Below, piece by piece: positions 25,552-34,500 of a stretch of DNA of 52,691 nt. The translations under genes and the position numbers were made by a program. The first letter of the stretch is position 1. The number at the start of each line of letters is the position of its first letter. The DNA comes from a virus (lineage: Duplodnaviria > Caudoviricetes). The stretch spans positions 1-52,691 of IMG/VR virus record IMGVR_UViG_3300012920_000056, one strand, 5' to 3'. Under the pieces are notes generated by a model. That model worked only from the letters and a program-made list of their open reading frames with translations. It ran no database searches and was not told the DNA's origin.

Positions 25552-26664
25552 ATGGCTAGAAAACGTATTATCTATCAAAGCGAGGCCCTTTATGCAGGGT
25601 CGACTGGAGACGCAACACCGACACAAATCCATCGCGTACAAGACATTTCTCACTCAGTTGAAGTGACACGTACTGATGTTAATGAATTTGGTAAGTTAGC
25701 AGCTCTGAGTCGTGAAGTTATCGAAATCCCAACTGTATCATTGGACTTTTCTTATTATACGGTTGATGCAGTTAATGAAAGCACTATTGGTTTTGCTGTT
25801 CAAGGAATTGATAGCGTAACAACATCAGTGAATGCATTGTCTGGAATTTTAGCAGACAACAGTGCTGAGAAAAACTATTATATCCTTACTGTTGCTGAAG
25901 GCAATGATGCTACTCAAACAGAGCAATACAGCTCACAGCAACATGCAGCCAATGGTGTTATAGGAGTAGGTAATGGTTATCTTACCAGCTACACTTTTGA
26001 CGCATCTGTCGGTGAAATCCCAACTGCTAGTGTATCAGTTGAAGCTTCAAACCTTCGTTTTGATACTACAAGTACTGGGTTTGCAAATCCTGCTATCGAT
26101 TTTAGCGATGGCGAGGAAGTTGGCGGCACTACTATTGGTATTCCTAAATCAACTACAGGCAGCCTTTCTGCTGCAGCAATCCGCCCAGGAGATATCACCG
26201 TAGACTTTGGAGGAGACAAGCTTCAACAAGGTGGCGCTCTTCTTAACGGAATGGATGATATTGAAAGTAGTGGTGTCGCATGCGTACAAAGCGTAAGCCT
26301 TGACCTGCCTCTCTCAAGAACTCCATTACAATGCTTAGGTAGTGTATTTCCAAAATCTCGTGAACTTGATCTTCCAATCAATTCTACTCTTACTGTTAGT
26401 GCAAACCTTGCTGATATCAGCAGCGGTACATTAAACGGTCTACTTTGTGGAGACATCGAATCAAGAGACATCACGATCACCTTGAAGAATCGTTGCGGAT
26501 CTGACACAAGCATGATTTATACATTCAAGGGAGCTACACTTGATTCTCAAAGCATGAGCTCAAGTATCGGAGATAATAAAACTGTTGACTTGACTTTCAG
26601 TACTCAAGTTGGTGGACCACAAGATACAAGTAACGGTATCTTTATCTCTGGTTCAGATTCTTAA
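25552..26664 (+). CDS. major tail tube protein
   Basis: Ser/Thr-rich; RTDVNEFG, PTVSLDFSY, SSSIGDNKTVDLTF; followed by terminator; synteny. Confidence 0.75.
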   Translation: MARKRIIYQSEALYAGSTGDATPTQIHRVQDISHSVEVTRTDVNEFGKLAALSREVIEIPTVSLDFSYYTVDAVNESTIGFAVQGIDSVTTSVNALSGILADNSAEKNYYILTVAEGNDATQTEQYSSQQHAANGVIGVGNGYLTSYTFDASVGEIPTASVSVEASNLRFDTTSTGFANPAIDFSDGEEVGGTTIGIPKSTTGSLSAAAIRPGDITVDFGGDKLQQGGALLNGMDDIESSGVACVQSVSLDLPLSRTPLQCLGSVFPKSRELDLPINSTLTVSANLADISSGTLNGLLCGDIESRDITITLKNRCGSDTSMIYTFKGATLDSQSMSSSIGDNKTVDLTFSTQVGGPQDTSNGIFISGSDS

Positions 26665-26695
26665 AATCGTTCAATCTAGTTTATTCAAACACATT

Positions 26696-26724
26696 AAAGC
26701 TCTTGGGAAACCAAGAGCTTTTTT
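26696..26724 (+). terminator. Rho-independent terminator
   Basis: AAAGCTCTTGG-GAAA-CCAAGAGCTTT followed by T run. Confidence 0.9.
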
Positions 26725-26742
26725 GTGTATAATATATTAGGT

Positions 26743-27591
26743 ATGGCATATCAAAGGAATTTTTATGACGATCAATTCGTCATTATAAATAGCAATCAAT
26801 TAAAAGGAGTTCAATCATTTGATGGCAGCTGGTCACTGCCAAAAAATAACATGACCGCTGCTGGTTACGAAAGTGTGGGTAGCGAAATTGAAGGTCAATT
26901 AATTGGTCAAGTATCAGTTGATAGAATAATTATTGATAGCAGCGATCCAATACCCGCGCTATTAGGCAGCTCAATAGATGGAGAATTAATCTATGGCCCA
27001 AATCAGGCGGCAAATAAATCATTTTATTTTGACGTCGGGTATATTGATTCATATAATTCATCATGCTCAATTGGGGAGATTGCAAGATCTAATTTTGGAT
27101 TAACTGCATATGGAAACATTGGAGAAAAAGGATCTGCTTCCTCAGCTTCCTATAGCCCTTATACGCCAAAAGTAGCAACTGCAAATAGCATGACATTAAC
27201 CACGTCATTTGGTGATACAAATGCCATACAAAGCTATAATTTAGATTTATCATTAGACGTTAATCCAATTTATAAAATAGGTAGTATGTTTATACCTTCT
27301 AAATTTGAGATTGCTACTCCTATTGTTATCACTACAAGTTTTGAAATATTCGCTAGTGAATATGAAATAAAAAATATTATGGATGGAGTATGCAGTAGTG
27401 ATTTTGTGGAAAATTTAGCTATTAGTTTAAATGAAAAATGTAATGGCCCTGCAATTCGAACATTTACATTAGATAATGCAGAATTAATAGATACAAACAT
27501 AAGCGCAGGAATTGGTGATAATTTGTCTATAAGTTTAGAATTTCAAAATTTATATAGTGATATTTCAACGTTAGTATCTGAAGTATTTTAA
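26743..27591 (+). CDS. tail-tube-like minor tail protein 1 (start re-called at MAYQR)
   Basis: Shares YIDSYNSSCSIGEI / YLTSYTFDASVGEI and IGDN motifs with tube protein. Confidence 0.65.
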   Translation: MAYQRNFYDDQFVIINSNQLKGVQSFDGSWSLPKNNMTAAGYESVGSEIEGQLIGQVSVDRIIIDSSDPIPALLGSSIDGELIYGPNQAANKSFYFDVGYIDSYNSSCSIGEIARSNFGLTAYGNIGEKGSASSASYSPYTPKVATANSMTLTTSFGDTNAIQSYNLDLSLDVNPIYKIGSMFIPSKFEIATPIVITTSFEIFASEYEIKNIMDGVCSSDFVENLAISLNEKCNGPAIRTFTLDNAELIDTNISAGIGDNLSISLEFQNLYSDISTLVSEVF

Positions 27592-27592
27592 T

Positions 27593-28411
27593 ATGAGCGT
27601 TTATTATAAAAATTTAAAAACTATTGTAGACGGTCAAGTTTACTATGCTAATTCTGTTGATATGTCAGAAGGTGTTGAAATGCAAGATTTTGCCCCTATG
27701 GGAACCGCTAAAAGCTATAGCTTTCCAAGTAATAAACCAGAAGGCACAATGAACATGAATTTTTATGTTACTAGTTCTAGTGAAATATCAAAACTTCATG
27801 ATCAACTCGGTCAAACTGGTTTTATTAGTTTAAGTGTCGGGCCATTTTCAGCAAGCCACGCATTAGTAAATTCATTTTCTATACAAGGAGAGCCAAATAG
27901 TATTTTACAAGCTTCAGCATCTTTTACATATTACGGGCAAATGAGCAAGGGGTCAACTCCAACCCAAAGCAATAATACTATTGATCCTGCACATGGAGCA
28001 GCATCTACAGTCTCTTTATCAGATGTCGGAATGTCAGATGTAGTCAGCTTTGATTATTCATTTTCTCAATCATACGAAGTACAGTACAGCTTGGGTAGTA
28101 ATGAACCTTCCAAAGTAATTTTTAATGATGCCACAAAAGAAATGCAGTTGAGCGCTTTGATATCTGACGTCACTTTTTCAAAAACTAGTTTAACTGGGGC
28201 AAGCGAGTTGTGCAATGACGATTTAGACACCGAAGGCGTATATACCAGAGGTTTATCTATATCATTAAAAGATTTGTGTTCCAGTGTAATTGAGACATTA
28301 GAAATTGATGGATACCTAACGTCCAGAGATATAACTGCTGAACCTGGAGGAGAAGTTATTGAAACGGTTACTGTAGCAGAAAAATACGTGCCAAGCGGAG
28401 GTTGCCCATGA
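27593..28411 (+). CDS. tail-tube-like minor tail protein 2
   Basis: Paralogue of next gene (FSQSYE.Y.LG...P.K.[IV]FN). Confidence 0.6.
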   Translation: MSVYYKNLKTIVDGQVYYANSVDMSEGVEMQDFAPMGTAKSYSFPSNKPEGTMNMNFYVTSSSEISKLHDQLGQTGFISLSVGPFSASHALVNSFSIQGEPNSILQASASFTYYGQMSKGSTPTQSNNTIDPAHGAASTVSLSDVGMSDVVSFDYSFSQSYEVQYSLGSNEPSKVIFNDATKEMQLSALISDVTFSKTSLTGASELCNDDLDTEGVYTRGLSISLKDLCSSVIETLEIDGYLTSRDITAEPGGEVIETVTVAEKYVPSGGCP

Positions 28412-29187
28412 GTAGTTGTTATAAAAATTTTCCTATAATTGTAAATTACAGTGCTGGTTCTCCAGATAAAATTTTCTCTAACAGCGCTTCGCTATCCGAA
28501 AATTTAGATATTCAAAACGCAGAATCTCTTGGAGCAAAAGGCGCAAATACCGTTTTTACTAAAACTTTAACTCAAGGTGATCTTAGTGCAGAGTCTTATT
28601 TATATAATACAGATCTTTCTATATTTAATAATTTAAAAGGAGAAAATGATCAAGGGATTACTTTACAATTCGGTCCTTATACTTGTCCTGCTCCTTGTGT
28701 ATTATCTTCTTTATCTATTAATATAAGCCTAGGAGAGCCTATCACTGTTGATAGAAGCTTTAATTATTTTGGCGGAATTACGACTGCTGCAGCACCTACC
28801 CCGACTGTTCCTAATCTAGAGCCGATTATACCAGAAAATATATCTTTAAATGGTTTTGATTCATTGGGTAGTTTAAGTAACATACAATCAATATCATGGG
28901 AATTTTCACAATCATATGAAACATATTATTTATTGGGAAATGCAGTTCCCAAAATAGTATTTAATAATGGTCAAATAACAATGAATGTACAAGGAGAAGG
29001 AATATCCAATGCACTTACAGCTAGTAATTGTGCTGTTCCTGCAAGGACTTATTCTATTGATGTCTATGATTGTAACGGATCAAATGCTGGATCTTTGTCA
29101 ATCTTAGGTTATGCTCAAAGCAGAACTTCTTCTGTTTCTTCCGATAATGACGAACAAAACTCCGTATCTATTATACAATATTTATAA
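28408..29187 (+). CDS. tail-tube-like minor tail protein 3
   Basis: ORF track 28402; ATGA overlap favours 28408; paralogue of preceding gene. Confidence 0.6.
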   Translation: MSSCYKNFPIIVNYSAGSPDKIFSNSASLSENLDIQNAESLGAKGANTVFTKTLTQGDLSAESYLYNTDLSIFNNLKGENDQGITLQFGPYTCPAPCVLSSLSINISLGEPITVDRSFNYFGGITTAAAPTPTVPNLEPIIPENISLNGFDSLGSLSNIQSISWEFSQSYETYYLLGNAVPKIVFNNGQITMNVQGEGISNALTASNCAVPARTYSIDVYDCNGSNAGSLSILGYAQSRTSSVSSDNDEQNSVSIIQYL

Positions 29188-29226
29188 TTGAAAAAATATA
29201 TTTTTATAATTATTATAATATAGGTT

Positions 29227-29514
29227 ATGGATCAAGGTAAATTAAAGGAATTATTAGAATTTCAGATAAATAGGAACATTATTAATTTATATAAATCTTT
29301 TTTGATTATTCTTGAAGATATTCAGGATGAACATCAAAGTAATTTTGATAAATTAAAAAACGCAATCCCAGAAAATAATGAGTTAATAGATCAAGCAAAT
29401 TATTGGGACGAATCAAAAATGGAATACATAAGGAAAAAAGTTCTTGATCAAGGAAACAATACTCAAAGAGAAATATTGAGTCATTTAGAAAAATTTGATC
29501 TAACAATTAATTAA
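29227..29514 (+). CDS. hypothetical protein (95 aa)
   Basis: ORF track. Confidence 0.75.
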   Translation: MDQGKLKELLEFQINRNIINLYKSFLIILEDIQDEHQSNFDKLKNAIPENNELIDQANYWDESKMEYIRKKVLDQGNNTQREILSHLEKFDLTIN

Positions 29515-29525
29515 GGAATAAGGCT

Positions 29526-30509
29526 ATGGCAAAAGCAAAAAAACGTGAATTATACAGTTTCGATATTCAAATAGAAGAAGAAATCGAAAAAGAAGTAACA
29601 AAAGAAGTAGAACGCAAGAATGACAAAGGTGAAACTGAAACCATCAAGGAAGTTACAAAAGAAATAAGCAAGCAAGAAGTTCCTGTAAAGATTTTTTTAA
29701 AAAAGCCTACCCGAACTCAAGTTGAAGATGGAGACATGTTTTATAGCGTATGGCTTAATAAATATATTAAAATGGGATTATTGACACGAGCGATGCTCGC
29801 GAAAAAACAACTTGATATCGGGGGATCTCTTAACGAAGAAGATAAATTAAATTATGCCAAGCTATATTTAAAATTATTTGAAAAACAGCAGAATGTTATT
29901 CGATATAGCGCCATCGATTCTGCTGCAATGACAAATGACGAGCAGGAAAGGTTAGATAAATCAGTTTCTGATCTTTCTGTTATTCGTAAAGAACTTGCTG
30001 ACTTTGAAGCCGCACAAGCTTCGATTTTTGATCACACAGCTGACGTTAAAGCTCGTAACAAAACAATTACTTGGTTTTTATTGCATCTTGGATATTTTAT
30101 TAAAGGAGATGGTGATGATGATTCAGCATCCCCTTTGTTTCCAGGAACTGATTACGAAGAAAAATACGATAGCTATCAAGAACTAGACGAAGAGCAAGAT
30201 GAAATTTTTGTAAAAAGTATTGATCGGTTAAGTACGATAGCTACTATTTGGTACATGAGTGGCATTCAGGAGCAGCAAGAATTCGAAGATGTTTTAAAGC
30301 AAATGCAAAAACAAACTTCTATTGACACTAATATCGAAGAAGCTTTAAATGAAGCCAAGTCCGAAGCTAAGTCCGAAGCTAAGTCCGAGGCTAAAGACAA
30401 ACCAAAAACAGAAGCTAAAAAACCAGAGCCTAAAAAATCAGAGCCTGCTCCAAAAAAAGACGAAGCGCCTCAGCAAGATTCTGACGACAAAAAAGCTTCA
30501 GAAAGTTAA
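29526..30509 (+). CDS. putative tail assembly chaperone
   Basis: Position before tape measure; charged helical protein with EAKS x3 tail. Confidence 0.5.
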   Translation: MAKAKKRELYSFDIQIEEEIEKEVTKEVERKNDKGETETIKEVTKEISKQEVPVKIFLKKPTRTQVEDGDMFYSVWLNKYIKMGLLTRAMLAKKQLDIGGSLNEEDKLNYAKLYLKLFEKQQNVIRYSAIDSAAMTNDEQERLDKSVSDLSVIRKELADFEAAQASIFDHTADVKARNKTITWFLLHLGYFIKGDGDDDSASPLFPGTDYEEKYDSYQELDEEQDEIFVKSIDRLSTIATIWYMSGIQEQQEFEDVLKQMQKQTSIDTNIEEALNEAKSEAKSEAKSEAKDKPKTEAKKPEPKKSEPAPKKDEAPQQDSDDKKASES

Positions 30510-30527
30510 TTAAATTTAGGGGCTTTT

Positions 30528-31517
30528 ATGGCTAACCAGCCCCCAGAAGATTCGACATTAAGAAAAGTATTAACTGATGTCATACAAGGATATTCCTCTC
30601 TTGAGCATAAGGGAGAGTTAGCTTTTGTTAAACATTTTGGAAGCAAAGAGCAACAAGAGCTCGAAGTGCATTACGAAAATACATATAAAAAAGCTCAAGA
30701 TTATGGATTGCCTACAAAAAAAGAAGCACTGCAGTTTATAAAAGATGAAGGACTGTGGAGTGATGAAGAAGAAAACGAATTAAATTCCAACAAAAGTTAT
30801 TTAAAGAACCTAAAGGATACGAAAAAAAACCTCGTAATTCCTAGTCAAATAGTCGGCATCAAAAAAGATATTGAAGAAGTCGAAGAAAAAATTTTTACAG
30901 CGAAATCAAAAAGAAATTCATTAATAAGCGAGACCTGCGAGCGTTATGCTCAAAATAAAAGCAATGATTACAGTATTTATATATCTTTTTATAAAGATGA
31001 AAAATGTACTGAAAAACTTTTTAACGATAATGAATTTGATGAATTAACTAAGCAAGAAATCTCTGAATGGTTTAGCGCTTATTTAAATGTAACTGATCAT
31101 TTAAGTATTAATAATATTAAATATTTATCTATAAGTAATATATTTTCTATGTACTACAATTTATTAGGCGCAAATAATCTATATAAAATGATTGAAAAGC
31201 CTGTATATGATTTTTCTTTTTATCAGTTAAATTTATTGAATTATGCAAAGGTATTACATTCTATCATCGAAAATCATGAAAAAATACCTGAACATATTAA
31301 AAAAGATCCTGATGAATTATTGAATTACGCCGAAAGCGCAAGCAAAAATAAAAATATGGTTAACAAAAGCCGTGATAGGCAAGGTTATAGCGTAGTGGGA
31401 GCTTCGAATGAAGATATGAAGCAGATGGGGGTACAAGATGAAGCTTCTGTGAGCTTGCATGATTTAGCAAAAAAAGGTGGATCATTAACCATAAAAGATT
31501 TTCAAAAATTTAGTTAA
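30528..31517 (+). CDS. putative tail assembly chaperone 2
   Basis: Directly upstream of tape measure. Confidence 0.5.
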   Translation: MANQPPEDSTLRKVLTDVIQGYSSLEHKGELAFVKHFGSKEQQELEVHYENTYKKAQDYGLPTKKEALQFIKDEGLWSDEEENELNSNKSYLKNLKDTKKNLVIPSQIVGIKKDIEEVEEKIFTAKSKRNSLISETCERYAQNKSNDYSIYISFYKDEKCTEKLFNDNEFDELTKQEISEWFSAYLNVTDHLSINNIKYLSISNIFSMYYNLLGANNLYKMIEKPVYDFSFYQLNLLNYAKVLHSIIENHEKIPEHIKKDPDELLNYAESASKNKNMVNKSRDRQGYSVVGASNEDMKQMGVQDEASVSLHDLAKKGGSLTIKDFQKFS

Positions 31518-31544
31518 ATTTAGTGTATATACCAACAAGGTAAT

Positions 31545-34500
31545 ATGGCTTTAGGTAGAGGAAATATAGAAATTGATATACGCGGTAACGTAGATACCGC
31601 AGGTATTGCGCGTCAGGTTACCGCAGCTGAAAAGCAGATTCGTCCTCTTAATATAAGTTTAAACGATAAAGGGTTTAGGCAGCCATTGGGTCGAATTAGT
31701 GGCGACATAGCTGAATTTCAAAAATCTTTAGATGCTTCCGTAGCTCGTACTCTGGCATTTGGTGCTGCAGTAGGCGTAATTAACGCAGTATCTGATGGCT
31801 TTAAATCTCTAGTGCAAAGTGCTGTAGAGGTAGAAAAAGCATTAACTGATATTAATGTAATTTTAAATTTAAACAGTGGTGGTCTGCAAAATTTTTCTGA
31901 TCAATTGTTTGATGTAGCAAAAAATACAGGTCAAAGTTTTCAAACTATAGCAGAAGCAGCCGTAGAGTTATCACGTCAAGGCTTAGGGGCGGAAGAAACG
32001 CTGTCAAGAATAAATGACGCCATGATTCTAACAAGGCTTTCTGGTATGGATGCTGCAAAATCAGTAGAAACACTGACTGCTGCCATTAATAGTTTTGGAG
32101 ATACCGCTTTGACTACGACTAGCCTAGTAAATAAGCTGGCTAGTGTTGATGCTGCTTTTGCCGTAAGCACCGAAGATTTAGCCAATGCGCTTGCTAGATC
32201 TGGAGCTAGCGCTCAAGCTGCTAAAGTTGATCTTAATGAATTATTGGCTGCTGTCACTAGTGTTCAGCAAATAACTGCTCGTGGCGGTTCTGTTATTGGT
32301 AATGCTTTTAAAAGTATTTTTACAAGGCTTCAAAGATCAGGAGTTAGAGAAGCTTTAGAAGAAATTGGTGTCGCAACTACAGACGCCGCAGGAAATATTA
32401 GAGGAGCGCTAGATATTTTACAAGATTATGCAACTGTATATGGCACTTTAACAGACTCCCAAAGAGCTTATACAGATGAATTAGTCGCAGGAGTATTTCA
32501 AATCAATAATTTGCGAGCTTTAGTAAAAGATTTAGGTAGTGACTACAGTATTTACCAAAGAGCTTTAGAGGAATCAAATGGCGCAACTGATCAAGCTGTA
32601 CGTAGGAATGAAAAACTACAAAAAACATTATCTTCTTTAATTAATGAATCAGCAGCAAACGCAAAAGAATTAGCTTCTTCGCTCGGCGAACTTATAGCTA
32701 CCCCTGGGCTAGAAAATTTATTAGAAATTTTTAATTCAATAGCTGGTGCATTACGAGAATCTCTAGATCCAGAACAAGGATTTAGTTTAATAAGAACTAT
32801 GTTTGATTCTATAGGAAGGTTTATATCTGGCCCTGGGCTTGTTATCATAGGAGCTGCTTTTATTAAATTATTTAAATTTATTACCCAGCAAAGTTTAAAA
32901 GCAGTACAAGAAGTTTTTAAAATTGGTAGTGCAGCAAATAAAGTTGCTGACGCAGAAGCAAAGATTGGCTTTTTATTAAAAAATAATCGTACATTATACG
33001 AAGCTATTAGTAACGAAGCTTTGACACACGAGCAGCGCGAAGAGTTAGTTTTGCAAACCATTAAACAACAAAATAGAGCTTATGAGCAGCAACAAGCTTT
33101 GATATCCAGGCTAGCAAAAGCTAGGACTGTACAATCAGCAGTAAATGTAACTTCTAAAGCGCAAGGGTTTATCCCTAGAGCGTCAAAAGGTTATATGCCA
33201 CATTTTGCAGAAGGAACTGATTTTTCTCCAAATAAATTGCGTAAAGGAAAAGAAAAAGCAAAAGCTAGCGGTTTCATACCAAATTTTTCTAGCGAAATTG
33301 AAGGCGCTATTCATGCTGAAAAGAGCGCTATATCTGCTGGAGTAGGAGGGGCATCAAAAAGCGCAAAGCCAAAAGTATTAAAGAATTTTCCAATGGGCGG
33401 TGGTAAGCGACAAACTATCGTTGCAAATACTGACGAAGTTATTGTTCCACGTTTTGGTGGTGGAACAGGTTCAGCAATATTTAATCAAGAAATGATTAAA
33501 AAAGCAGGCATGCCAGGTGATGCAATACCAGTGTCCAATGGATATATTCCAAATTATGCTCAGTCTAAGCTACAAACAGATAAAGTTTTTCAAGATTTAT
33601 TAAGTGATTTTCAAGGTGTTGATGTTGATGTGCAGAGAGATATGTCTGGATTCGGCATGTTAACCGCAAAAGGAAAACGAGGAAACTTGGAAACTACCAG
33701 AAAGCCAGGGTTTTCAAGAGAAGACAAACTAAAAATTATCGACAGCATTGGTGGCTCTAAATTAAACAAAGATGATAAAAGTTTTTTACTGACAACAATC
33801 GGCGGAAAAAAGAAAACTAGATTTTCAAATATACCAGCGCAAACTATAGAATCTGCAGATCCAGAAAAAATTAGCGGAAAAGTAGGCGCATTAAACAATT
33901 TAATTAATCCGCATATAGCTGATGCAGTTGCAGAAGTGGCAACAAATATATATACTCGAGTATTAGGCGATGAAGTAAGCGCTCAAAATTTAGTTAAAAA
34001 CGTTCGTGCTTCAGCTAATGCTGATCAAGGAATAGTTTCTAAAGGAGCTCAAGGAGCTATTTTTGAATCTGCTATACGGCTTGGTTCTAAAGAGTCAGCT
34101 AAAAATCTAGCCAAAGATGATAAAGATGCTATTTGGGATTTTGAAGAATCAAGCGCAATGAGTGCAGATTTAAAAGCTCTGTTCTTTCCTACTTCTAATA
34201 TTTATAAAGCAGACGCAAAAAGAACTGGAGATCAAAATAATTTAAGGGAAGTTGTTGATAAAGCATATAAAGCTGATTTCTCAGATCAACTGCGAGAAAT
34301 TTACGCCCGCAATTGGTCCCCTATTGTTAGTGCTGCAGCTAAAGTGGCTCCATCAAAACAAAAAACAGAAAGAAAAAGGACGGGCACAAATTTAGCGGGC
34401 GGTTTTATTCCTAATTTTATTACTAGCATTCCTGATGATGCAATAAGACCTTTTCAGGCTTCAAAAGATTTTTTCATACCCCCAAAAGAAAACGACAGTA

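Noticed and set aside
30351-30395. 12-bp tandem repeat encoding EAKS x3
   Set aside because: Ordinary low-complexity expansion in a disordered C-terminal tail.
30486-30530. Programmed -1 frameshift joining the two tail chaperones
   Set aside because: AAAAAAG at 30489 is not in X-XXY-YYZ register, and the two ORFs are in the same frame separated by stop codons.
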